Assembly (NCBI RefSeq): GCF_000142905.1
Contig: NW_013657676.1
Coordinates: 558,001 to 622,000, forward strand
From: Thecamonas trahens ATCC 50062
Taxonomy: Eukaryota; Protista; Apusomonadida
DNA: 64,000 bases
Reading direction: 5' to 3'
In this document: positions 21,701 through 32,943 of the stretch, piece after piece
How the letters are laid out: every line of letters starts with the position of its first letter
Numbering within the stretch: the first letter of the stretch is position 1
Program-made: the position numbers and the translations under genes
The notes under the pieces: model-generated
Seen by the model: only the letters and a program-made list of their open reading frames with translations
What the model was told of the DNA's origin: nothing
The model's database searches: none

Positions 21701-24700
21701 TCGCGGCTCGCCCAGGAGTTCCTCCTCAAGCGCGGCATCACTCTTGTCCTCAATATGGGCCCGACGTTCATGGCCCAGCTTGCGCGGTTCACCGCCGGCC
21801 GAGTCGTCACCTCGCTCGAGGACTTTGCTGCTTCGGACCTTGGAACCTGCGGCGAGTTCCGCGTCCGCAGCTTTCTCGACTCGTCGCGCTCACGCAAGAC
21901 GCTCATGTTCTTTGATGGCACGCCACCGGCCGTCGGCGCCACCATTCTGCTCCGCGGCCAGGAGCTGGCCACGCCGTCGGTCCATCATGGTCTCACCGGC
22001 GCCATGTCGTTTGCCATCTACGCCGCCCGCGCCATGCTCACCGAAGCCGCGCTCCTCGACGACCTCGCTATCGACCTCGCGCCTCACTCGGTCCACATGC
22101 GGTTCCAGCTCGATGCTCTTGCTGCCGAAGCCGCCCTCCCGGGCTTTGGCAAGCTTTATGCCTCCCGCATTCTGTCGACCTCGCTCGCCACCGCCTTCCC
22201 GCTCCCATCGAACGAGGGTCTCGGGCTCGTCACCAAGGCACATGACCAGAGCAAGCCTGGGCACAATGTCGATGGCGATAACGTCAAGGGCAAGGAACCC
22301 TCTGACGACGGGAGCGATTGCGACGCTGCTGCAAATAACGACAGCAAGGAGCTGCTCACCGAGCCGCCGGCCTCGATCTATCCACAGGACTATCAGGGCA
22401 TCCAAGTCGTTTTTGCTACCCGCTCGCTCTCTGCGGGACGGATGTGCGTCTCGCCACAGCGGTACTTTTTCTCGTTCTTCAATGACTTTGACATCTCGCT
22501 CGGCCAGGCTGTTGAGCTTTGTGTGGGTAAGGACAACTTGTGCGTGGCATGCAATGGGCCGATGACCGACCACGTCATCGAGTACACCCATCTCGACACG
22601 ACGCTTGCGCTCTCGATCTCGGCCATCGAGGCGCCCAGCGACACCATCAGCGATCTCGCGCCGCTGGTATGGTCTTCCTGCACCGAGTGCGGTGCGCTGT
22701 CGGGCCTCTCGGAGCTCTCACACCACGGTTGGCACTGCTCGTTTGGCAAGGTCATCCAGGGCGCCGTCTACCAGGGCGCCGTCTCGCGGATGTGCGGGCA
22801 CTCGGCGCGGTCACTCGTCCGGTTCTTTGCCAGTGGCGACCGGGTTGTCTCGATTGCGTCGTCGTCGGCAATGGTGCTGCGCCTCCGGCGCCCGGCCCGC
22901 TCCCTCGAGTTCAACACGGAGCTTCAAGTCAGGCTTTGGATCTACGAGCTCAACCAGATCCGACGCGACGCGCACACTGTCTTTGATGCCATTGCGCGTC
23001 AGCTCGACATTGCTGCCGCGCTCGACGACTTTGATGCTTGGCTCGCCCGCTACCGCTCGCCGCGCTTGTCTACCTCGCAGTCGCGATCGCCGACCCGCTC
23101 ACCCGTACGCTCAGCACACTCCGAGGCCACAGTCAGCGAGTCTGCCGCGGCTAGCGAGGCTGCAGCGGACGACGCAGAGAGCGAGGCTGCTGTGAGCAGC
23201 GATGCCGGAGCAGCAACGCCGCAGCCGGCATCGGCGACCCGACTCACGGTGGCAGTTGAGACCGGGGCCAGCCAACCGCCGCCGCGCTCGCCGTTGGCCC
23301 GTCCGTCGTCGACCGATCCAGAGCTGATGATGGTGGTCAAGCCGAGCCACGTGCCCGCGGCCCAGGTCCGCTCCCGGCTCGATGCCGAGCGTCAGGCCTT
23401 TGACGACACCCTCACCGAGCTCCGCGCCCACTCGCTCGCCGATCTCTCGTCGGTCAAGCGCATGCTGCTGCAGGCCGCCCAGGAGTGGGACGAGGTCTTG
23501 GGCAAAGATCTTGTGCTTCCGACACGACTGGCGTTCGCCGAAGCCAACCCGGCAAGAGTCCATGCGTTCAACAACGCGTGTGCACCTGCACCTGCCGCTG
23601 ACGACTCGAGCGTCACCAACTCGAGCCATCTGACGCCGCCGTTGGAGCCGCGGATGCTCGACGTGGCAAGCGCAATGCGGACGGTGGCTTCCTCAAACGC
23701 GCTGTCGGCTCTGCAGGCATCGGTCGAGGAGGCGGACGATGACGCGGGCGAGAGTGCGTCGATGACGCTTGGCGACGGTGGTCGCCGGCGTGCACACTCG
23801 ATCGCCGGCGACGCCCCCCGCCCGGATGCGCTCGACGGCGCGCCGCCGACGCTCGATCTTCAGGCGGCGCGCGAGACTCGAATTGGGAGCTCTCTCCGGG
23901 CGCTGCTCTCGGACCAGGGGTACCGGCACCTTGCGCTGCCCGGTGGAATGCACCGTTACATCAATGTGATCGACAACGAGCCGTCCACGGTCATTGCGTA
24001 CGCGCTCTCTTCACTGGCGTATGGTGCCAAGCTCACCGAGCTGTTCACCACCCACTACGCGCCGGTCTTTGCCGAACTCGGGGAAACAGCTTCGGCGGCG
24101 ACGACCAGCAGCGGAACGCGCGGGGAAGAGCGCGCGGCGCGTGGGGAGCTCTCAACACCGCAAATCGACGCGCTGCTTGCGTCACGGCGGACTGACCACT
24201 ACGAGCAGCGGTTTGCGGACGAGTTCTTTGAGGCCAAATGCGTGATGTACTACCCAGTGCAGTTCCACGCGCTGCGCACCCAGTACGTGAGCGAGATGGA
24301 CCAGTTCCTCATGTCGCTCTCGCGGTGCCGCGGGTGGAAGGCGTCGGGCGGAAAGTCCAATGCCTCGTTTGCCAAGACGCTCGACGACCGACTTGTCCTC
24401 AAGGGCATCTCCAAGTCTGAGCTCGACTCGTTCCTTGGGCTCGGACCCGAATACTTTAGCTTTGTCTCGAACTTTCTCTTTGGCAAGAACGATGAGCGCG
24501 AGGACGACTCTAGCGGCGCGTCCCCATCGACGCTCTGCATGCTCATTCTCGGCGTCTTCCAGATTGAGGTCACTCTTCTCAAGCGGCGGCGTGAGCGGTT
24601 CCGACAGACGTTCATTGTGATGGAGAACCTGTTTTACGATGCACCCGAGATCTCGGCCCGGTTTGACCTTAAGGGCTCTGAGCGCTCGCGGTTTGTGACG

Positions 24701-25096
24701 CCGTCGCCCGAGGCCAAAGACCAGGTTCTGCAGGACGACAACTTTAAGGAGTTTCTCTCGCGGTATCCGCTGTATGTGGGCGAGAGCGATCTCGCGCTGC
24801 TCTCCAGTTCTGTTGTTGCTGATTCGCGGTTTCTGGCACGGTGCAAGGTCATGGACTACTCGCTATTGCTCGGCATCGACTACTCGACCGCCACCATGTA
24901 CTGCGGCGTCATTGACTACATCCGCCAGTACACGTGGGACAAGCAGGTCGAGTCAATCATCAAGTCATCGGGCCTGATGGGAGGCGGCGGTAAGGCGCCG
25001 ACAGTGGTCATGCCCGAGCAGTACAAGGACCGCTTCCGGGCCGCTATGCGGACGTACTTTACGCTCGTGCCCGACAAGCACTCGACGTTTGTGTAA
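18731..25096 (+). CDS. PIKFYVE: 1-phosphatidylinositol-3-phosphate 5-kinase (Fab1/PIKfyve)
   Basis: FYVE (WVKD...CYHC...RRHHCRLCGQVFC), CCT-like domain (KNIAHKKM, NPKIMLL, KTLMFF) and PIPK domain (GGKSNASFAKT, FDLKGS, MDYSLLLG, IDYIRQYTWDK). Start chosen at the first plausible ATG. Confidence 0.95.
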   Translation: MSQTFYDAVKTAVAQHRPHSTQEMMWKVQAERRLLPLPQPAPALAAQSVVFRDDATCPQQTATATATATDATSSSLAALSSTSPSSSASTLGPGCSHNGDLDRDRDGHRHHHGGHRGSSADDVVVREGQVSSQASSSSSSGGQGLVSNNELMAIVQALGLWRAVPSAAVPAEFVAVFAKEAGKAQEAEESGAATSSMTRSRQYSLSDMAAAARSSASPPDSPASGVAPVGVAARRSALQRNSKRVDSRMSSGGQSQSSTFDDSFTFFGPPDSDRRRVFARLRRKEMPTTEFELLPHLQDELDRERAAQRFAVMASKQRAAAGQADAADVLAQPNSLDKTGTFDVGASGGAVPPPPSGGDAAASGAQPAATAAAASAADNDVVAERAEVVPLRTMLEKQHWVKDSHAWACYHCGASFWLFTRRHHCRLCGQVFCRKCASWFIPARLVLGSKGKDVRSCQYCYDHALESAATSEAAAAALAASEAKAAAANQAKAKAAKVKAKAKAKAKAAKAKARAAKSKGKAARAAAAAEPAIDPTLMTAARISFVLGMRRSDVTSSSEPQAPPVRTTSVVAGYRTLSTINPHPALDDDWGSAAPSTLTPPSLGPHASADPDPMASTGVSVSVSVSGSGSGSSSSTSASTASSPSSSDNDKQGSSSSSSSSSSSSSDGTTHVDRSGTPAIAPLAKTRSRRSGSGSDSDSARPSGLGEQDRTVSRPFYASDFDITDRKNSVWGFDAHASDATRPRKPATLLRQVSTPTSILASHLPASPTTGTTPSGINASSDSLHRLTLNTSVENFRELVTSKAREVGEGSGSGSANVSDTPGSPDAVFAPLADNAVVGVERHFATVVPFLRPLVAQLLGDANLDDSRYGDGVTQLALCAAQHIAPVLAAGDSMDVREYVRYEVLATGNFADSELIHGLVTPKNIAHKKMVNHMTNPKIMLLGCPLQYSLTDNVMSSFDTILTHGREFLKSQVSRVLKHTPDIIVAQHSVSRLAQEFLLKRGITLVLNMGPTFMAQLARFTAGRVVTSLEDFAASDLGTCGEFRVRSFLDSSRSRKTLMFFDGTPPAVGATILLRGQELATPSVHHGLTGAMSFAIYAARAMLTEAALLDDLAIDLAPHSVHMRFQLDALAAEAALPGFGKLYASRILSTSLATAFPLPSNEGLGLVTKAHDQSKPGHNVDGDNVKGKEPSDDGSDCDAAANNDSKELLTEPPASIYPQDYQGIQVVFATRSLSAGRMCVSPQRYFFSFFNDFDISLGQAVELCVGKDNLCVACNGPMTDHVIEYTHLDTTLALSISAIEAPSDTISDLAPLVWSSCTECGALSGLSELSHHGWHCSFGKVIQGAVYQGAVSRMCGHSARSLVRFFASGDRVVSIASSSAMVLRLRRPARSLEFNTELQVRLWIYELNQIRRDAHTVFDAIARQLDIAAALDDFDAWLARYRSPRLSTSQSRSPTRSPVRSAHSEATVSESAAASEAAADDAESEAAVSSDAGAATPQPASATRLTVAVETGASQPPPRSPLARPSSTDPELMMVVKPSHVPAAQVRSRLDAERQAFDDTLTELRAHSLADLSSVKRMLLQAAQEWDEVLGKDLVLPTRLAFAEANPARVHAFNNACAPAPAADDSSVTNSSHLTPPLEPRMLDVASAMRTVASSNALSALQASVEEADDDAGESASMTLGDGGRRRAHSIAGDAPRPDALDGAPPTLDLQAARETRIGSSLRALLSDQGYRHLALPGGMHRYINVIDNEPSTVIAYALSSLAYGAKLTELFTTHYAPVFAELGETASAATTSSGTRGEERAARGELSTPQIDALLASRRTDHYEQRFADEFFEAKCVMYYPVQFHALRTQYVSEMDQFLMSLSRCRGWKASGGKSNASFAKTLDDRLVLKGISKSELDSFLGLGPEYFSFVSNFLFGKNDEREDDSSGASPSTLCMLILGVFQIEVTLLKRRRERFRQTFIVMENLFYDAPEISARFDLKGSERSRFVTPSPEAKDQVLQDDNFKEFLSRYPLYVGESDLALLSSSVVADSRFLARCKVMDYSLLLGIDYSTATMYCGVIDYIRQYTWDKQVESIIKSSGLMGGGGKAPTVVMPEQYKDRFRAAMRTYFTLVPDKHSTFV

Positions 25097-25126
25097 CGCC
25101 TTCATTGAACACACATGCATGTCAGG

Positions 25127-28100
25127 TCAACACCGGTCGAGGCGCGGCCGGCTGGGTGAGGCCGGCGATGTCGGCGACGAGGCCCGCGCCGGAACAAAGG
25201 TGGGCGAAGCCGACGAGTGGAGCTGAGGCAACTTGCGAGCGTGCGGGGTTGACTGGTGCAGAGAGACGACCGAGGGCGAGGGCCGGTGTGGCGAGGTCGA
25301 GCGGCCGGCGTCCGGACTCATCGAGCTAACCAGTTCGGCGACCGTTAGTGAGGGCTTGTCTTGGCTTTCCAGTGGAGGACGGGCGCGGCGTGGGCGGAGT
25401 GGCAGCGACGAGCGCGGCGTGACGTTAGCCGAGTCGAGACCGTAAATAGAGGCAACAGTGTCAACAACAGGCGCAACAAGACCAAGACGCTCCATTGCGG
25501 CGTCTGCATCATCGCTGTCGACGATGGTGGCGATGTGGGACGGGGCAGAGGGCGGCGCCTCGGCAGTGGCCTTGATGGCCCATCGATCAAGCTTGGAGAG
25601 GTCATCGATGGAGACACCGACGCCGAGGGTTGATGCGCCGGAGCGGATGTGCGGGCCAAAGACTGAGCGGGTCTCCCACTTGCGGAAGAGGTCATTAGTG
25701 GAGCAAGTGAGTGGATGGGCAAGAAAGACAGCGCTGGCGTCGATGGTGCCGAAGGAAGAGTGGGTGACCGAGCGGGTGTAAGCAAGCTCGTAGAGCTTGT
25801 TGTACAGGTCGGCCGCAATGACGCGCGAGGGAAGCTTGCGAAAGAGCGGGTCAGCTTCGACGGCAGCATCGCTCGACGGATCGGGAATGCCTTCTGCGGC
25901 GCGAAGGAGGTGCGAGCACGACGAAAAGTGGTGCGGGTAAACAAGGAGGAGGCCGCGGATGGTGACGAGGGCGATGTGTTCGGCTACGTCGAGATAGTAG
26001 GCAGAGAGGACTGGGATGTTGAGTGGAAGCGTCCGCAGGATGTCGCCAGAGCGGACGTTGATGATCGAGAGGTGGCGTGCGTCGAGGACCATGGCGTGGG
26101 CGGTAGAAGCACAGACATCGACCGAGAGAACCGGACGAGCACCTGGCATGATGGTCTCCATCCGCGGCTGGGTGACCATTACGCGGTCGGCCATAAAGAC
26201 GAGGCCGACGACGACGACCCGACCCGAGCTGGAACCGGCAATAAGATTCTTGCCTCCCCAAGCAAGCGCGGCCGAGACCGACTCTCCTACAGGAAGGCAG
26301 CGCATAAGCGAGGTCGGAACTGGGGCCACCAGCGATTCGCCGTCCGGGGCGATGTAGACCATGGAGACGAGCGAGGACGAACTGAGCAGAAGGAAAGGAA
26401 ACTCGTGGCGCTCCGGGGCAGAGACCGGCTGGGCCAAGACAACGCTGTCTGTCACGCCACCGCCAAATGGCCACAGCGCGGCAAGGAGCTGGAGGCAGCG
26501 CTTGCACCAGACAAAGACGCGACCAGTGACACTTGCAGAGAAGACGTACAGCGTCGGCGTGGCACCTGCAGGCGAGGCAGCCGACGGCGAGCACGAGATG
26601 GTGACCGGTGATGCGCGAGTGGGACTGGAACTAGAAGACGAAGCCGAGACAAAGCGCGGCAGGGGCCTATCGTCACCGTTGCTCTCCAGGCTGTTTGGGG
26701 CGATGGTAGCAAGCGAGGGGTGCGAGGCCGACGGCGTGTCAGTGCTGTCGAGTGAGACAAATCGAGTTGCGCCCTGAGTAAGCGGCGAGGGAATGCGGGG
26801 CTTTGGCGAGGTGACGGGCCCAGGACTTGGCGGCGACAGTGACGACGGCGGTGCGACACGAGGAGAGAGCATGGTTGACAGCAGCAAGCTGTGAGGCGAG
26901 GAGCGGGCGAGAGCGAGGCGCCACGGGTATGTTCCCTACTGGGTGGCGAGACAGTCAGACTTGCCATGGCTCGATCGCGTGCCCCCGAGAGCGTGTCCGC
27001 GTTGACAGAGCGGGCAGAATTCGGTGGGCGAGGCGAGACGACAGAGGAGAGCGATGAGACGCGCGACGAGCAATGCGAGGAAGAGTGGCTCGAGGTGCGA
27101 AGGCGCGTGTCGGCGATGGTTCGCTGGGCTTTGAGGCGTGACGAGATGGGCATGGGCCCACCACTCACATCCGCCAGAGAGTCTGAGGCCTGACGAAGTT
27201 TGTCAAGGAAGCGGGTAGCGGTGGCGGTGCCGAGCGAGTTAACTCGCCCGGCATCGGGCGGAGGGCTAAGGTTACCGCGATCGCGGAGGCGAACAATAAA
27301 CGACGACGAAGCCTTCAGCGAGAACGAGGTGTTGCGCGGCGGAAGGGACTTTGGCGGCGGGCTCTGCGGGCGCGAGACGTCGGCGGTCGAGATGGTGGGA
27401 ATGAGCGAGGACGGATGGTGGACGAGATCGGAGACCGGATCGGGCGAGTCGAGGGGTGCAAGGCTCGGCGACGACTCGTTGGCTTCAGCGACGAGGTGGC
27501 ATTTGCGACAGAGGGCGCGCGGGGCGGCGACAAGAGTGGCGCACTTTGTGGCGGCACGATGGGTCTTGGTCTTGTACACCGCAGTTTGCTCGAGGTCGTA
27601 CGGGAGGGCGGGCGGCGGTGGAACGGGATTCCGGAAGCGCCAGGAGAAGAGAGCGACGTCGCCATTGGAGCAGCCGACGATGACGTGCTCGGCCCATTCA
27701 ACACAAGTGACGCACGAGATGCAGTCGCGTGCAAGAACAAGTGACGACCCGTCCTGGCCGCGAAGCGCGGAAGAAGAGTGGGCAGCAGCTGCACCACCGA
27801 TGGCAGAGCGGAGCGAGTACTGGCCGACCAGGGTGTAGCTCTCGGCCGGATCAAGGAGTGAGAGCATGTCGTTGTCGGTGTGAACAAAAGTGAGCGGCGG
27901 GGCGTCGGCAAAGGGCGGAGCAAACTCTGCCGAGACGAGGGCCGGCTCCCCGACAAGCTCACAGAGCGGGCGCGGCAGCTCCCAGAGGCCGATGTTGTAG
28001 ATGACTGGGCCACAGGCGACGAGGAACGAGACGTCGAGCTGATGAGTCCGGGCCGGGTCGCGGAAGATGGTGACGGCGGAGGACAGGGCGAGATTGACCT

Positions 28101-29124
28101 CGCCGTAGAGGTCGGTCCGGGCATCGAGCTCTGCACCTGTGGCGGCGTCGAACAGGTGCAAGACCGGCGTGGTGTCGAGGACGGCGAGTGTGTTGGTGAG
28201 GGCATCATAAGCGAGGCCTGCGACCGACGCCCGTGTCCCACCGTATTTGGCGACGTTGAAGACGGCGCCCGAGGCGGCGACAACATCCCAAGCGGCGAGG
28301 GCGGTGCCTGCAGCCGTAAAGATGAGGCCGGTCTCAACGTCGCAGGAAATGGCGGTGATGGCGCCGGAGAGCCTGACAGCGAATACCGGCGAGCCAGTGT
28401 CGACGGCGATGGCACGGAGTGTGTCGCCGTCGGCACCGACGATGCCGTCGATGCTTGGGACGTCTGCCAGGCGAGTGAGCGAGCGGCACGGGAGGGTGTA
28501 CTCATGGAGCACATCACGAGTAATGACCAGCACGTGTTCCCAGTGGGCAGAAGATGTGACCGGCAAGCGGGCAGCATGCGAGAGAGTCGCCGGAGCAGGC
28601 TCGGCATCCGGGCCTTGAGCAACGCGAGCAAAGACCTTGTTGGCGCGCCAGACTCTCAGCCATCCATCGGATGAGACCATAGCCAGAGCACCTGGACGAG
28701 CTTGAAGCGTAGTCAGCGAGATGATGGGCGAGAGGAGCGGAAAGAAGGCGACACGAACGAGGAGTGGCGAGAAGAGAGCGAGAGCGGGACCGCCATCCGG
28801 ACCCGAGTCTGACCAATCTAGAGCAAAGAGAGCTCTTGAAGCAAGATACGCGGCATTGTTGATGGTAACTGATGAAGGGTATGGCAGCGGATCAATGACA
28901 AGTCGAAGAGCATCGGTTGCCCACATGAAGAGTGACTCCCTTGAGATGTACAGCATGCGAGAGATACTTGGAGCAAAGACCAGAGCCTTCACATCCGTTC
29001 CTGCTGATGGAAGGGTATAGCATGACGAGAGGTGAAGCGCATTACATGCCTCACCACTACTTAGAGAGAGTGCCCTTGCCAGTGACCTTACGTGCGGTAT
29101 GAACTCCACTGGCTTGTTCTCCAT
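25127..29124 (-). CDS. Large beta-propeller/WD40-like protein of unknown function; two ORFs joined by an apparent frameshift near 26905
   Basis: Repeated beta-strand units (LAMVSSDGWLRVW, VIVGCSNGDVALFSW, SASVTGRVFVW, LIAGSSSGRVVV) flank a Ser/Pro linker that is continuous across the frame switch. A small upstream exon (29637-29627, AG|GTGAGT...CAG|G) is possible. Confidence 0.55.
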
Positions 29125-29379
29125 CCACCTGCTGGTAGAGTCGAGTGGTCGGCTGCTGATGCTGCTGGTGGTGGTTGCCCGTGGCCGTGGCGGTTGGCGG
29201 GTCACTGTGTGGCGGTTGGCACTGGGGCGGGGGATTGTAGAGGAGGGGAGGGATAAAGATGGTAGTTGTGGTGGCGGTGGTGTGCTTGGTGGTGTTTGGC
29301 CGGTTCGGGTCGGTGGTGGCGCTGATCGGGCCTTACCAGGGTATTGTCTGTGCGTCGTTCGGTACGGGTGATCTGGTGG

Positions 29380-29530
29380 CGGGTGATATCGGGTGGCGGG
29401 TGATCTGCTGGCAGGTGATCGGGTGGTCGGCCGGCGAGTGGTCGGTCGGCGGGTGGTCGGCCGGTGAGTGGTCGGTCGGCTGGCGGGTGGCCGGCTGGCG
29501 GAGTGGTCGACCAACAGGTGGTCGGTGATC
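29380..29530. repeat. Imperfect 15-bp-period repeats (GGTGGTCGGTCGGCG-like), probably intronic or UTR
   Basis: Visible tandem GTGGTCGG units. Confidence 0.6.
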
Positions 29531-29868
29531 ATGGAACGACGCGTCGCCCCGGCCAATTGCACACGCCGCCAGTCGCCAGTCTCGAGCCTCCGCCAATTGG
29601 CCTGCGTAACACTTACCCTCACTCACCTCCCCCACATTTCATCACCTTCACACGCACGCGAGAACAGAACACATAGCCAGCTACCCACTACAATTGTTTT
29701 CATCACGTTGCTCAATCTCTGCCGCCCAAGCGAGCTCATTTAGCACCCTCGCATCCCGCCTCGCTCGAGCAACTCGGCCGACCTGTCATCGACACCGTCT
29801 TCAATCAGAAACTGATTGACACGTAGTCTCAGCAACTTCCATCACATCCTCATCACACACAGACAACC

Positions 29869-30902
29869 ATGTTTCGCTGGTTCAGAAGATGGTTTCGATG
29901 GATGAACATTTACGAGCGCATTCTCTATGTCATCATTCTCATGGCATGGATCAATGGTAATGGCGGAAACGTGTACTTTCGGTCGAAAAGTTCATCGAGG
30001 CCAAGGATAATCCTGCCACCGCCGCAACCATACGTGAGCGGTCAATCGCGCCAGACGATGTGCTGTTTGTCCTCTGCCCTTCGCAACCTACGGATCCCAT
30101 TGCTAAGCTGACCTGCTTCGAGTCGCTCCTCTCGCCTTTGGGGGTGTTCTCGATGGGGGTGTTCCCCTGCAACGCGAGACCCATCACGCTGTTCGGCTTC
30201 AACTGCACCGCCGTTCCCGCCATCAACGTACTCTCGAGTACTCGTGGTACCTTTGGACAAGTCGTTACGGGTGCCACATCGAGCTGCCTCGCCAATAGCA
30301 CGCGCTGTGTTTTTGACAACGTCTACCTCACTGTCGCCTCGACTTTGTTTACCGAAAAGCTCGCCGCTGATCCCAGCGCCAAGCTGACCGACGTCCGCTC
30401 ATTCCCGCTTCCAAGCGAAGGCGGCTCGTTTCTCTCTGTGGGGATCTCCACCACTGTCGACCTTCGCGGGCGTGAGGAGACCATCTACATCGCCTCGGGT
30501 GTTCAGATGCGCGCCCACGACCCATCATCCGGCCCGGTCTCCTTCAGTTTCGAGCTTAACCAGTTCTCGTGGGATCTGCGCGAGCAGGTAGTCAGCGAGT
30601 ACGTCGTCTACGACATCTTTGATCTCTTTGCCAGCATCGCCGCCGTCGCATCGCTCACTACAGGCTTGTTCCTCTTCCTCTTCCCGGTCACTCCGTCCAT
30701 CCCGCAGCACTTTCGCTTCGGAACCCACCACACTGCGCGCAACATCGGCGACCTGGCCCACTCGGCCTCGGTTGCTCCGCGCGCTTCGCTCGCGCAATCG
30801 CCAGAGACAAAGCTCACCAGCCTCCGGCGGCGGCCAGGAACGGCCTCGACCTCGGCCTTCAGCGGTTCGAGCGGCAGCATATCGAATAATTCGCCGGTCT
30901 AA
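29869..30902 (+). CDS. Two-TM protein with a Cys-containing ectodomain (DEG/ENaC/PAC-like topology), paralog 1; frameshift within 29953-29981
   Basis: The N-terminal ERILYVIILMAWI and, in the shifted frame, VEKFIEAKDNPATAATIRERSIAPDD align with the downstream paralog. TM2 is YDIFDLFASIAAVASLTTGLFLFLF. Confidence 0.65.
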
Positions 30903-31294
30903 CGACTCGTGTGCGAGACAGCGACACAGGCGCAACGTAACTCGATTGGCGCGTTGCCGTCAGTTCACGAGCACTCCTTGTCTTGGATGTCGTCCTCGCC
31001 ACAGCCGGTGGTGGCGCACTCGAAATTGGTCGCCATCTCATTTGCCAAATCGCCAGCCGCAACACGCTCATCTCACACCACACTTCCATACACCTGACCC
31101 ACTCTCCACCAAACTACTCGATCCTTCCTTAACTACCACCAAGCAACACAACGGCTTGTCCTTTCCCCAATCCTCGCGTCGCACCGGTCCGCTGCTTCGA
31201 CACGTTGCGCACTCTTGTCACGGTCGCGCAGCTCACTTGAGCAATTTGCTCACAAAGATTGGCTTTCTAGCAAACGTTTAGCGCACCCTGAATC

Positions 31295-32614
31295 ATGTTG
31301 CTCTTCAAGGGCGTCCGCGCCATGTCTTCGCCAGAGCGAATGTTGTACATTGCAGTGGTCTTTACGCTCCTCCTCGCAAACATACTGTATGGCACGTACA
31401 ACATTCAGAAATGGCTTGATGCCCGGGACTCGCCGGCCACCTCGGCCACCGTCCGCATCCGCAGTTCGGCGCCCGACGACATCTTTGCAGCGATGTGCTC
31501 GTCGCGCCCACTTCAGCCGATTGTCGAGGGCGTGTGTCTCCAAGGAGCTTTCGAAGGGCCATTGTTCGAGACGCATGTGGTTCCGTGCAACGCCACTCGG
31601 TTCAGACTCTTTGGCTTTCAGTGTTTGGCCTTTCCGCTGCCGAATCTGAGACAGGAGGACAGCAACCTGTTCTCGTACACAATCGCCGGATGGACGGCGG
31701 CGTGCCGGGCATCGCACGAGGTGTGCCGATCGGAGAATGTGTACACGACGGTGTTTGAGAGCGCAAACGTGGAATTCCTGACCTCGCTGCCGCCAGAGGC
31801 TCTCGATGAGGCCATCTCCTTCCCGCTCCCTTCACTCGGCTCGGCGTACCTCTCGATTGGCATCTCGACCACCATCGATCTCAAGGGCCGCGAGTCGACC
31901 ATCTTCCCCACCAATGCTGCGCTCATTCGCGACGTCGATAGCGTGTTTGGGAGGAACACTTCCTTTGCCATCGAGCTCAATCGCTTCTCGTGGAATCTCC
32001 GTGAGAATGTGGTGACTCAGTTTATCACCTACGACGGCTTTGACTTGCTCGGCGCCTCGGCCGCCCTCCTCTCGCTCTCCATGGCCATCTTTATGTACCT
32101 CTTCCCCGGTACTGAGAGAGTGGCTCAGTACTTTTGCTTCAAGCGCCATCGCCCGCCGACGGTGGTGCCAAAGTCCCAGCCAGTCGACAAGGAGGTCACG
32201 ATCGAGCTGCATCTCTCGTCGCTCTCATCCTCGTCGTCTTCGAACGTGCCGCCCACACGGATCATCACCGAACGATCGATGGCTGGAGCTGAACACCTGG
32301 CCTACAAAAGCCCGCGGACTCATCAGCGGGTTCCTGGCCCGCTTCGGGTCGGCGACCTTCGCCTCAACGCCAGCATGCCCGTCGCGCTAATGGCGTCATC
32401 GGAGCCAGCTGCTGGCCCTCGTGCGAAGGTCGTTGCTGACTCTCCCGAAATGGTTTTCCACGTTCCGCCTGTCTGTATCAACCGATCGCCTTCGTGCCCG
32501 TCATACTCGATGTCACGCTCGCGGACGTCGCTTCATTCCAACCCTAGCCCGCGCGGCATTGTCGAAGGTCTGGAGCCCAATGTTACCATCCCGGCTGCGC
32601 TCACCTCCAACTGA
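31295..32614 (+). CDS. Two-TM protein with a Cys-containing ectodomain (DEG/ENaC/PAC-like topology), paralog 2
   Basis: TM1 MLYIAVVFTLLLANILYGTY; ectodomain of about 210 aa with 6 Cys shared with paralog 1; TM2 YDGFDLLGASAALLSLSMAIFMYLF; Ser/Pro-rich tail. Confidence 0.75.
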   Translation: MLLFKGVRAMSSPERMLYIAVVFTLLLANILYGTYNIQKWLDARDSPATSATVRIRSSAPDDIFAAMCSSRPLQPIVEGVCLQGAFEGPLFETHVVPCNATRFRLFGFQCLAFPLPNLRQEDSNLFSYTIAGWTAACRASHEVCRSENVYTTVFESANVEFLTSLPPEALDEAISFPLPSLGSAYLSIGISTTIDLKGRESTIFPTNAALIRDVDSVFGRNTSFAIELNRFSWNLRENVVTQFITYDGFDLLGASAALLSLSMAIFMYLFPGTERVAQYFCFKRHRPPTVVPKSQPVDKEVTIELHLSSLSSSSSSNVPPTRIITERSMAGAEHLAYKSPRTHQRVPGPLRVGDLRLNASMPVALMASSEPAAGPRAKVVADSPEMVFHVPPVCINRSPSCPSYSMSRSRTSLHSNPSPRGIVEGLEPNVTIPAALTSN

Positions 32615-32943
32615 GGACTTTATGTACGCCCGGCGAGCCTGCAGACAAGGAATCGCACAAACTTCGTTGATACTCTCTTCCTAAACCGCGCGATCCGATG
32701 CCAGTCTGCGCATGTGGGCAGTAGGGCAGCGGCCGCCGGGCTTGCCGACGATCGGGCAATGGCCGATGCTGGCACGACGGCGATGAGCACGACTCAAGAT
32801 TAAGTGACTCGAGCACGTCCTCGCTCAGAAGGCAGCCATTGGTCCGGCGATGATTGGCGGCGACTAGGCTGCAGCCTTCAGGTCGGACTCTAGATTGCCG
32901 TCATTTGCGGCACCTGACTCACCTCGCTCAGCATTTCTTTGAG

